This document shows positions 37,701 through 46,260 of a stretch of DNA of 64,000 bases, in pieces. The notes below the pieces were generated by a model. The model saw nothing but the letters and a program-made list of their open reading frames with translations, was not told the origin of the DNA and did no database searches. This DNA is from Paraspadella gotoi (lineage: Eukaryota > Animalia > Chaetognatha). Numbering within the stretch: position 1 is the first letter of the stretch; each line of letters opens with the position of its first letter. The stretch is from positions 19,727,657 through 19,791,656 of the forward strand of contig CM119266.1 in assembly GCA_051294375.1 (NCBI GenBank), written 5' to 3'. A program made the translations under genes and the position numbers.

Positions 37701-38562
37701 TGAGATTAAAATTAAAAACATGAAAGGGATTTTTTGAAGCCTGTCACAAGATAAGTTATTTGCACTTGATAATGAAATCCGTTGCCTTAAAAGCCAAAGA
37801 TAAAGCAGATTGAGTAAACAAAAGTGATTAGCCTGTGAAAGGAAACTCGGTAACGAAACAAAACTGTATATAAGATATATTAAAAAACAGGTAAATGAAG
37901 ACAATGAAAAAAACAGAAAAAATCATCACTGAAGAAAACCGTGTAGTATATTAAATAAATAAAATTACCTCGAGTCTCCATCTGTGCTTGGGGATCTACG
38001 ACTAATGAATACATAAATATATTGGATGTTAAAATTCAACCATGCAATAAGTTTTTAATTAAAATAAGAATTAGATATATTAAAAATTGCAGTTAAATTA
38101 TAGATGTATACGAGTGGAGCTCATGAAAACCAAAAAAAATTATTTGAGCTATTTAACAACAATAATTAGGTATATATATAGGTATACCTAGAATATTAAC
38201 AAAAGTTTCTTATTTTTTTTTAGGGAATCTAATTGTGTTCTCAAAAAAAAATTTAAAAAAAAATATATTCAAGGATATTTGTATAAAAATATTTTCATGC
38301 TTTTATTTTTTAATAGACCTAGATTTTATTATTTGCAAGTATACAGGTATAAAGAAATGTTAATTCGCTCAATCTTTTCATCGCTCCACCCTAATATACA
38401 TGGCGGCAACTGAAAGAATGACAAGTAACAGGAGCCCATTAATTTTTAAATAGGTAACTCATTGAACCTACTTATAAAACACAGGAAATAAATTTACCTT
38501 TGAGGACTGGCGCCGCCATTTGATGTGGAGCGTGAATATCTTGTGGAGGCAGCATTCGTTAA
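3670..38562 (-). CDS. FHOD: FHOD1/3 (Fhos)-family formin, multi-exon, 5'-partial, long N-terminal isoform
   Basis: Spliced exons give FHOD signatures: [83 protein letters not shown], poly-Pro FH1, [61 protein letters not shown] and [10 protein letters not shown]...NRKS. Intron phases are consistent where checked. Confidence 0.93.
6640..9349 (-). CDS. FHOD: FHOD FH2-domain exons (about 8-9 short exons)
   Basis: KTIKLFWKE...LEHLFE; [22 protein letters not shown]; MVPTEDE...QPDLPLGNAEQ; [14 protein letters not shown]; LLAVGNFLN; [23 protein letters not shown]; [11 protein letters not shown]. Each block is flanked by AG/GT. Confidence 0.92.
10257..11933 (-). CDS. FHOD: FHOD proline-rich (FH1) exons and [11 protein letters not shown] exon
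   Basis: Poly-proline runs in ORFs 10186-10521 and 11094-11822, with exon ~10983-10844 ([25 protein letters not shown]) between them. Confidence 0.85.
11981..12338. mobile_element. Short TIR element with internal degenerate TAACC(C/T) repeats; related copies at ~22190-22307 and ~46740-46868 (reversed)
   Basis: Ends ttttccaaaagcgtccca and tgagtcgcttcgggaaaa are imperfect inverses; the same end sequences and taaccc/taacct interior recur at the two other sites. Confidence 0.5.
13283..15862. mobile_element. Putative non-autonomous TTAA-flanked TIR element (Kolobok-like ends) enclosing low-complexity (GTC/TTTCGTC) tracts
   Basis: TTAA-ggggacccagtgat...aaaatgatatcataa at 13279-13312 versus ttatgatatcagctttt...atcatctgggttccc-TTAA at 15812-15866. 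Confidence 0.4.
14270..15590. repeat. Degenerate (TCG)n/(TTTTCGTCGTC) low-complexity repeat with an (AG)n tract at ~14311-14356
   Basis: Visible directly; it generates multiple overlapping stop-free pseudo-ORFs. Confidence 0.9.
16057..16205 (+). mobile_element. Degenerate tRNA-derived SINE head or tRNA pseudogene
   Basis: A-box-like tagcttattgagtaaag (16065-16081) and B-box-like ggtttaatcc (16109-16118) at tRNA-like spacing; no intact cloverleaf. Confidence 0.4.
17504..18487 (-). CDS. FHOD: FHOD 984-nt Ser/Arg/Asp-rich cassette exon between FH3 and FH1
   Basis: ctttcag acceptor at 18488, G|GTAAG donor at 17503, phase 1-1, open throughout (inside ORF 17490-18641). Confidence 0.6.
18603..18735 (+). 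repeat. Dispersed repeat family; copies at ~9598-9755, ~25337-25530, ~61877-61995 and a 5' fragment at ~51884-51911
   Basis: Near-identical ttatccattcatttaa...agctatcttgcccctga.tttgga.aggctttggtggttta.ggc.tccatcactcttacaagataatgacatagcaggt at 18634 and 25338; its 3' part (acatagcagg..cct.caa.cttt.aatcaaga) recurs at ~9630 and ~61890. Confidence 0.75.
18806..18935 (-). mobile_element. Possible tRNA-related SINE fragment
   Basis: Minus strand gaaggttctaggttcaattcctg contains a Pol III B-box (GGTTCAATTCC); GC-rich body and AT-rich tail. Confidence 0.3.
18989..19226 (-). CDS. FHOD: FHOD exon immediately after FH3 ([10 protein letters not shown]...)
   Basis: Continues ...FQIYE from exon 23817-23674 in phase 0, matching the FHOD IYExxLxHEDGD motif; donor A|GTGAG at 18988. 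Confidence 0.85.
20001..23495 (+). CDS. Trk-like receptor tyrosine kinase with minimal ectodomain, 9 exons, ~442 aa, antisense inside a FHOD intron
   Basis: Exons 20001-20267, 20610-20767, 21086-21256, 22064-22172, 22363-22451, 22650-22723, 22794-22962, 23040-23198 and 23363-23495 join in frame. Motifs: [107 protein letters not shown]. Confidence 0.9.
23674..29098 (-). CDS. FHOD: FHOD GBD/FH3 exons
   Basis: Exons ~29098-28989, 26128-26068, 25989-25923, 25849-25649, 25237-25127, 24964-24872 and 23817-23674 encode the FHOD armadillo-region motifs listed for the gene. Confidence 0.9.
26957..28225 (-). CDS. Secreted trypsin-like serine protease (S1A) with signal peptide, TSP1 and EGF-like modules; intronless, ~422 aa
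   Basis: Signal peptide [18 protein letters not shown]; TSP1 [19 protein letters not shown]; EGF-like [16 protein letters not shown]; activation site R|IVGG; catalytic triad in AAHC, NDIAVI and GDSGGP; DACQGD gives an Asp in the S1 pocket. Confidence 0.95.
   Translation of the reverse strand: MNLVFPKTILFFLLLSFLKTSSPCLRVKNKYNPCHYDDWGPWSACSLSCGPSGVQSRLKRASYLTRTMFRDECQGEVHETRSCHGGCIHGTTSGPNSSCVCYENFHGICCENYSGPPITTAAATTMDVTLGTLSPGYEIWPSDCGLRSTSTPSAVASGRRGGARIVGGIAVNAGDYPFVISVLKRVSSKWIQWCGATLVAGRVVIGAAHCFDPLEADFKVKYRFVAGDWDLVNETEGTEQYRNAVNISLHPNFDPDLLLNDIAVIYLDEAVVTTAYARPACLPFVRNDSLNYVAGERRLIAGWGRLSEGGPGTRVLRAVNVSLITNEECVAWHREMNYDYSDEDITADMICAGSPEGGRDACQGDSGGPMVRDDLDGPFTMIGVVSWGVGCGGAKLPGVYTRVANYLGWLNETSQRMEMMDG
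29570..30199 (-). CDS. FHOD: Two FHOD linker exons (30199-30049, 29753-29570) joining the giant exon to the GBD
   Basis: Phases 1->2 and 2->0 give DAADSDSGK...KEPAYR|KLLKEKLTP...LCNSLM|IDDKAEQM with no stop. Confidence 0.75.
29893..29947. repeat. (CT)n microsatellite
   Basis: Direct observation. Confidence 0.9.
30266..34102 (-). CDS. FHOD: Giant 3,837-nt FHOD N-terminal exon encoding a disordered Ser/Arg/Glu-rich region
   Basis: tttcag acceptor at 34103 and G|GTAAG donor at 30265, phase 1-1; lies within ORF 30219-34211 and splices in frame on both sides. Confidence 0.8.
34427..38562 (-). CDS. FHOD: Small upstream FHOD exons 38562-38498, 38001-37969, 35005-34960 and 34541-34427
   Basis: Each is bounded by AG/GT; phases 0-2, 2-2, 2-0 and 0-1 chain without stops ([57 protein letters not shown]...). 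Confidence 0.65.
34544..34750. repeat. (AG)n microsatellite followed by a degenerate (AAAG)n tract
   Basis: Direct observation. Confidence 0.9.
35560..37266 (-). CDS. SLC22 organic cation/anion transporter-like MFS protein, intronless, ~568 aa
   Basis: [11 protein letters not shown] (SLC22 loop motif), [40 protein letters not shown] and [12 protein letters not shown]; about 12 hydrophobic segments. Likely start MGARELD at 37266. Confidence 0.93.
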   Translation of the reverse strand: MGARELDRVYEWLGLRGWFPLGIFFVSHLVGILRSFMFLGNAMTSWTPEFNCTNGESVNSTLSLTLTSCSCSPEERHFSVPRSHTFVAEWDVVCERAPLKYLTETFFYLGCILACCFVGYLSDNFGRRYVIIAAALLGAVVGVQAAWLPNLATYVAARFLLGVAYTGMLTISTYKSEIFPAKWRFIAVNCDFSFIYGSLLLPLMSHYVSNWRHLCIIMYSLNILVVISFFFLPESPTWLIRKGRNAEAFNILQNAATARGKSISASTFEKVVIDDPIVNNNNDTIDDGIVDPSSAFKAERLHVNEISFNESSTSVNSKSTEGFKKALKSRVYLISLLGCGLIWSYNGFVYIGITFSYGTLSGHRLVNFFLNQVVGIPAKAVGICFSHFCRRRPVMMFMYAIVCCLYGSIAILRSLVGNVDTEMPVYRRIINIALLCCLHINWAPCSLYMQEVFPTLVRGRSYLVACFCGRILAVAASFFPHLQQHHPLILEIVLAIVGFSLVVYIIFIPETFREPLPQTLSDQRRMWEKTRLCGRKLNRGRRREKGQHSEEEEQPMKHSDLVASPATQ

Positions 38563-40704
38563 CTATTAAAAAGATTAAAAATGAAATTATTAATAATTCA
38601 GATGAAAAAAGAAGTTTGACCAAGCATTTTCACGTGAAAATGTTTTTGCAATCTTTGCCAAGTCTAATCCATTTAATGATATTGTAAACTAAATTATTTA
38701 CAAATAAAATCGGATTTGCCACGAATGTTTAGCTAATCAGATTAGTCAGATCAGTTATAATAAAACTTAAAATATTAATATCAAATTATAAATAAAGAAT
38801 GATAAGTTGTACCGCGAGTTTTTGACTATATTGATTTTTATTATAATTATAATGAATTAATATTTCATGGTCGAGTTTAGTGTTTAGTATAAATAATTGT
38901 TATAATTATTTTTCTATTTTCTATCACGATTACTTGGAGTTTTCTTTTCGCAGAAAGCATCTTAAGTCTTCATACATTGTCATTGCTCTTTCTGTTTTTG
39001 TTTTTTATTTTGTTCTTGTTTTCTTTCTTTTTATCTTTATTTTTCACTATGACTCGGTGTATGGGATTAGGACTAATTGGACCTCAACATCTTTTTTATT
39101 CAGTGTTTTTAATGCGGTAAAAAACTGTTCGTAATCCGAGTTTCATCCTTATTGGGAAATGGCATATCAGCGCTTAAGACTTAAGTTAAGCCTTAATATT
39201 TACGGCAGAGTGATTAAAGAAAGTTCAAAAAAGGGGCCAAAAATAATTTTAAAAAACCATGACATGAATATTAAAATTATATATTAAACCAATTGATAAA
39301 TTTTCAAAGAAATAGCATGCACTGTTCAATTATTTATGATGAAAGGTCGAAGTGGGGTACAAGTGCAGTATTTTTTTTTTATTGACAACCAATATTTCGT
39401 TATTTTTTGACAGATCATTGTTTAATGTTCAGGTTAGTCCATAAAGTAAAATTAGAGTAAATGATATCGGATATGATTGATCGGTTGATTGAATGATTGG
39501 TGGAATGATTTATCGATTTTTTAGCTTATTTGCTAACAAATCTGTTATAATTGTAATCGGGCAATATAGCAAGTTGACCCCGAATATAATCGAGCTACTG
39601 TGGCGAATCCTAAATTTAGGATTCGCCTCCTGAATAGCCTGGTGAAACTCAGCGGTGAAACACATACCAGTGATATGGGGTGGTCACTGCAGTCAGGAGA
39701 TGTTTCACAGCCCGGGCATCACACATGTCTCCCCGTTGCCATAATACTTTCTGTTTCGACCCAATAGTTAAAAAAGTAAAACTAAATGACTGATGCTTTT
39801 GATTTTGTTCCTTTTTGTCTGGTTAACCTGATCGTCGCCTTTATCTTCGTCGTCGTTCTGTTTGTTATTTTTTCGTTCATCTCGTCGTCATCACTTGAGT
39901 TACTACATTTTTATATTTTCTTTATTTTGCTTTTTATTTTTATTTTTTCCTTTTTTCATTATTATTTATTAAATCAATTTTTTTATGAGTCGTTCGTTTT
40001 TAAAATCTTCTTTTTTATCTTTTGTTTTTAAATAAACTCGTTTTATAATTTGTTCATGTTTTAATTTATTATTTTTAATATAGTCTTATAGTATAAGATA
40101 TTTAATGTGCAAATTAAAGCGAAGCAAAATTTTTAAAATCAATTAAATTTAAAATTCGAATAGTGAATTATGAACAGTCCTATACCTGCGAACATTATTT
40201 TTTTAATTTTTGAATTGGTCCATATATAATATACATAATACTTCCCATTAAAAATGATCAAATTTGAAAATAATTTGTTTATTTTGTAAAATGTTGACAA
40301 AAAGAAATAAAACTTTTTTTAAAAAAAATATTTGATTAAGTGAGACTAAATCTTAAAAAACTGATATAATTGAACTATAATTTAATTTTACTATGAAAAT
40401 TAATATTTTGTTAATTTTTAGCAAACTTAATAAAATAAATATATTTTCATAATAAATTGCTTTCTGCTTTAAAACAAAGAAAAAACTATTTTAAAATTTT
40501 AAAAGGTAAGTACTATGTATAAACAGGGGTATGTGGAAGCGGTCATATCTAAATTTTCAGCTTCCAATACTTTTAAAATGTCCAAAACCGTGACAACGAC
40601 AACGACGACGATGTTACTAAGTAATATTATTTAACGATAAGGACCAAGCTGTCGAAATAAAAAGGAAATATCAAGCCTAGAACCCATGCGCGGGAAGCTT
40701 TTCA

Positions 40705-40972
40705 NNNNNNNNNNNNNNNNNNNNNNNNNNNNNNNNNNNNNNNNNNNNNNNNNNNNNNNNNNNNNNNNNNNNNNNNNNNNNNNNNNNNNNNNNNNNNNNN
40801 NNNNNNNNNNNNNNNNNNNNNNNNNNNNNNNNNNNNNNNNNNNNNNNNNNNNNNNNNNNNNNNNNNNNNNNNNNNNNNNNNNNNNNNNNNNNNNNNNNNN
40901 NNNNNNNNNNNNNNNNNNNNNNNNNNNNNNNNNNNNNNNNNNNNNNNNNNNNNNNNNNNNNNNNNNNNNNNN
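40705..40972. other. Assembly gap (N run)
   Basis: 268 N. Confidence 1.
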
Positions 40973-41429
40973 GAAAAATCCAAAGTTGGAATCGCCGATC
41001 GCTGCCAAATAGCATAGGAGTTAACCAATTAATTATCCGATAAAGGATACTAATTAAAGAAGTAACAGAAACCAAAATTATATAATGCTTTTTTAAATTT
41101 TTTTTTTTTTGGGCCTTAATAATATATATATAAGAGAGATGCGATGAAAAAAGAGAGAAATCAAGAGAGAAAGAATAATATGTAGGAAAAATATATTTCA
41201 TTAAAAATAATTTTCAAATTTTTCAGCTTTTTTAAAATTTTTATAAACTTAATGATAATATTTTTAATAATATTTGTTTTACTCTATGCGATTCGGGTAA
41301 GTTCTTCTACAATACAGTTTGCTTAAAATTCAAATCCGTTCTTAAAATTAAAAATAGCTTTGAAATAGCTTTGTCAACCGGTGTGGCCAGTGGCCAGTGG
41401 CCACCCTCTTCCGGGGAAGGTTTGAGGCG

Positions 41430-42335
41430 CTGTGCGTAATGGCAATGCCCATGACCGTAAAGGAACTTCAACATTTCCTAAGTGTCTTTAATTATTACCT
41501 CCGCTTTGTTCTTCACGATCCTCTCCTCCAAGTTCTCGGGGGGAAAACCGCGCTCGCTAAAGTGGACGGCGCCACAAGACGCCGCTTTCTACTAGAAATT
41601 CTAGGCAATCAAAAAAGCTCTTGCAGATTCGAAAGATGTTGGTCCACCCAATCGAAGGTGCTCCTCTGGCTCTTCCTCTGATATCGCCATTGGCGCCGGT
41701 TTCGAACAGCTCGTCGATGGTCAATGGTTTTGATTCTTGGTTTTTCATTCTGAGCCACTGATGTTTGAATTAGAAGCTCCTCGCCTCCCACGCTATACTG
41801 TCGGTACCTAGAAGGACATTTCGCTCGTCGCGGCGCGGCTCAAGATGGTGGAGCCTCATACAATGAAGCTGACCTATCAGGCGTCGCCAAGTACACTGGC
41901 GATATTCGTCAACATCACTAATCCTTGCCACCTGAAGCTGATCTCAGATGTGGAAAATGCATGGGATGACATCGTCGCCACTGTCAACTGCGTCAATTTT
42001 GAGGGCAATGGCGGCGGATCAAGTCGCCGTCGACGACGTACAGCGCCTCCTCAATGACATTCATAAAGAAATTGACTCAAAATCCTTTTAATTGGAAAAA
42101 CGACGCTTGTATGCGACACTTCCGGTTCACGTCAACGCCACTCATTCCCGCGCCATGGCGCCGACATCTTTTCTATGCCACCCGCGGAACAGCCTTCTCC
42201 GATGTCGTGCAGTAGGCGGCGTCATGCGACATTTGTCAGCACGTTAGGACTGACAAGTCCGCGCCCCACTCCAGCGTTTTGAGTCACCGTTGAATCTATT
42301 CGCTGACGTCAACTCGACCTCGATGTGCCGCTGAA
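41430..42335 (+). mobile_element. Degenerate Ty3/gypsy LTR-retrotransposon pol fragment (RT C-terminus, RNase H, integrase N-terminus)
   Basis: Frameshifted remnants in pol order: PMTVKELQHFLSVFNYYLRFV; SDIAIGAGFEQLVDGQW; KYTGDIRQH; TTLVCDTSGSRQR; SCDICQ; RAPLQRFESP. No LTRs seen. Confidence 0.75.
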
Positions 42336-43123
42336 AATCTTTGAGCAATTAACTGTCGATTTACCAAATCTGGTAATCAACCAACTCAAATTTTCATTTT
42401 TTACGCACTTTACTGTGCATTTTAAATATTATTATTAATTATTTCTAATTATTTTAGTCTTTATGAAATACTGGTATCGCAGGAGAAGCCTTCTAGAAGT
42501 TCTACTGGAACCGTTTCACATGATACATGAAGTAATCAATTCGTTCGGTGTCCTTTAGCAGTGTACACGATATATTTCCATTTATTACTATTATAATTGT
42601 CCACGCTTAACTCACCGGGCTGCTGCTTCTTTGAGATGAATAACGATACATGTCGTCGGTGAAGCCACAGGTTATTCCAAAGCCGGCCGGCAATTAAGCG
42701 TCGGAAAATTTTCCCGCGCAAAGAACAGTAGCATTTGCGGTTGTGACGTCAAAGGCGAAATTATAAGTATCCACAGAATCGCGGGCACTCGTGTGGCCCC
42801 ATATTAGGAGCCTCCTACGTCGTACTTGACAGGATCGAGTGAGGAGAATAACGAAGGATGATTTTAATAAAAACGATCGCTTAGAATAGAGACTAATTAA
42901 AGTGACGAGGTAGAATTCATTAATGGCATTAAATGATCGCTTATGAAAAAAATGATAGCGAGGCTTATTAAAAGGATGACCGAAAAATACGTTTGATCTG
43001 GGCTCCAATGTTAGTTACTTTGGATGGGATTCCAGCCCCTGTTGATGGTTATTTGGACGAATGCATGTCAATCAGTGTAATCGGTCACGGGTTTTTCGTT
43101 GTTTTTGTTTTTTTGCTAGCGTT

Positions 43124-43404
43124 GCGCCTATTAGAAGGACAAGTCAAAAAATAAAAAATAGCAGCTATGAAACTGGTTCCAATAATAAATAGTTAAACAT
43201 AAAAAAAATAGCTAAAAAAACAAAAAAAAAACAAAAACATTATTTGATTTTTTTAGCTAATTTTCATATTCGAGTATGCGATTTTCAGATAGCGAGAGAT
43301 TGTTATCAAATTTGGAGATAAATTAGGTCCTAAAATCAATTTTTTTTATATTGGCTCACAGCTTCTTTCTTTTTCATTTTTTGACCTGACCTTCGTAGGG
43401 CGTA
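43124..43404. mobile_element. Old MITE-like inverted-repeat element
   Basis: gcgcctattagaaggacaagtcaaaaaata...agct...ccaata is the imperfect inverse of tattgg...agct...tcattttttgacctgaccttcgtagggcg. Confidence 0.45.
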
Positions 43405-45328
43405 TATCTTGATATCTATTTTAATTAGTTTCCAGCGTTATGCTGTTTACAGAGTATATTTTTGACGGTGAAGTTTTACTCAAAATTCTATTTTTTTTAA
43501 TTTTTTTTTTTTTACAAAGGATCAACTTAAATTTACAGCAAAATCTTTTTCAGCAGTTTTACTTTTCGATTTCTCGATTGAAGCGACGTCGGATGATCGA
43601 AAGATGGAGACAGTCAAACTTAAGAACTGTTTTTTTTACCATCAGCATCGCTTAAACACTGACGGTCAGGAATCTCAATCGACCATTGTGATCAGTGATC
43701 ACCCAACGCAACCGGCTTTCAGTTTCTCTCAAATTCACTTGAGAATCAATTTTTTTTTTTTTTTTTTGGAATGTTGGAGATGAACTCGCTGCGAAGAAAC
43801 TGACTGTGGGGAAGATTCGCCCGAAAACAGTCGAGTCTTATTTAAATTTTTTGAAGTTTGTTAGTCAAAATATACGAGATTAAAATCAACGAGAAGACAA
43901 TTTTGGTCGCGACGTTCGGTCAGATTCTCTTCGTTGAAACGAAAAAAATGTTCGGTTCGTATCCGGATCAATTTTTTTTTTTTCATTGAAATAAGTCGGG
44001 CATCGCAGGTTCGTTATAAATATATTTTCACGCGTGGTCTCGCGATATTGCCTTTTTCCGTGGACTTGCTGCTTTCCTTTTATCGCCGCTGCCCCCCGAT
44101 CGACTCGAGAGGATTTTTCGATAATGCCTCCAACTGCCCGTCCGCTCGGCAGATCATCTTCTACGCTACACCGCCCGCCGTCGACGCAGGCGCTGCCGCT
44201 GCCGCATCTCCGCGGCTGAAAGAGTGATGGGTTCGGGCTTTCGTTTTCGCTCGCGATCGAAATCCGCCGATGGAGGGTGGGAGGCTCAACCACGACGACA
44301 ACATTACTGTTTTATCTCAACTGATGAAAACAATGAAGGGGGATCGCGTCTTAGCTTCTGAATTGTGATGAGAAAAATCCTCGATGGAGGATTTAAATGG
44401 AGACAATGTGGCAAATAAGATCAGCTTATACCATTTTGACGACGTTGAAGTGGATGCCGGTTATAGGGTCATTGAGGCGTCGGGTTGACGGACGGGAATC
44501 GAATTTAGTCGAGGAACGGGAGAAAGATGCAAAGAGAATGAAAGAGAATGAACCAGTCGACAGTATCATTGCAGACAATGACATGACCATTACGGAATAA
44601 TACCAATAATAATAATTATAAATAAAGAAATAAGCAAAAACGACGACATTTTGCCAGAATACTTTTTACTCGCTAAACAGTTCGAAATTAATCCAGAATG
44701 TTGGCTAAGTTTGCACCAGAATTCCGAAGTTTCCTGAAGAGGAATCTGTCTTCGTCCACTTGCCCTGTAATAAATACTGAATAATGCTGTATAAATATTA
44801 AATAGTCTGTTTCTGCCAAGAATAACTAGGTCTGAAAATAGACACGGTCTTCTCTTGTATACTATTTTTTGAGAATAAAATTTTACTTTAATTTCAATCT
44901 GAAATCCCCGTCTACTTACTTAAATACTAAAAATAAATTTTATTTTCTGATTCGGTTTCTCAAACTATATGATGCGTTCAAGCAGTTTGAAAATTTATCG
45001 AAAGTTATTTATTCTGCGGTCTTCAACACGAGGAAAAATATAATAAACGTCGAGTGAAATAATTAAATTGTACAAGGTTCTCCAATCTCCAGTTATGTGT
45101 GACATGAAAAAATTAATTAAAAATGGTAGGGTTCTCAAAAAAGCCATAGACGTGGAAAATTCTTCTCTCGCGCCTCGTTTCCATTCAATCTGGAAAGTAG
45201 AAAAAAAAAACAAAAACAAAAAAACTTACATCTGAAGTTAAAACTTTAAACTTGTCCTTTTTCTTTGTTTTAAAATAAAATCATTGTTGTAAACAAACAA
45301 AAGAATCTTTAATTCTGAATGGAATTAT

Positions 45329-45424
45329 GATTCTTATCGAAACCCCCCCTCCCACAATAGCCTTTTGTCTCGCCTTTTGGAGAGACAAAAAGCTAATGTG
45401 TGGGGGGGTTTCGTATAGAGAATC
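45329..45424. other. Strong ~95-nt hairpin
   Basis: cgaaaccccccctcccacaatagccttttgtctc pairs with gagacaaaaagctaatgtgtgggggggtttcg across a ~10-nt loop. Confidence 0.6.
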
Positions 45425-46260
45425 TGTTTTTGACTTATCTCTTCGTTGCGTTTGAGATTAGAATCTAATGAAAGGTTTTTAGTTGTTTGCAGACAACAAA
45501 TTAATTTTCTTGGAAATTAAAGAATTGACGTTAACTGCAAAATAAAAAAAAAAACGGTTGATTCTAAATTTTTTTTAAGAATTAAACAAATCTGGATGAA
45601 TGAACTATTAACTATTGAAAGTGAACCATAAAATAGTAAAACAAGTAATCTTGCAATTTTTCATATACTAAATTAGCTAAATCATTTTGATTGTTATACA
45701 TATTAATTAGTTTTGTCATACTATTAATTTAAATATTATTATAATATAATTAAAATTTTATATTTTTTTACATTTTTAATAAAAAAATAAAGTCTAATAT
45801 AGTAGTAAAACACGTAATCTTGCAATTTTTCATTAGATAATACTAATAATAAAATAAAAATTAATTATAATAATAAACAAAATGTATTACTAAATTAACG
45901 GATTTTCAACAAAGTAATTGGTTAATATTTTGAATTTTTAAATATCAATCTAACGCGTTAAGGAACCTCTCGAGTCTTAACCCGACTAAAAATTTAGCAA
46001 AACAAAAAAAAGAGAGCCTTTGTGCATGATAAGAGTCATGGCAAAAAAAAAACGAGGACCACAACGATTTTTAAAATTCAAATTGTATGAATAAAAATTA
46101 TTTCATAAAATTAGCGATTAAAACAACAGCTAAATGACGAATAAATAGAAATAGATTGCTGCTAAAGGGCATCTATAATGAGTCTTGCCTCAATAGAATT
46201 TGTAATTAGATAATACAAGGATTGAACGCAAAAAACATTTACTCAACCTTCTGTTAAGAA

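Noticed and set aside
40631-41201. ORFs spanning X runs
   Set aside because: Produced by the assembly gap.
42480-43010. Moderately GC-rich stretch with 61- and 104-aa ORFs next to the gypsy relic
   Set aside because: No recognisable domain, LTR, primer-binding site or consistent splice sites.
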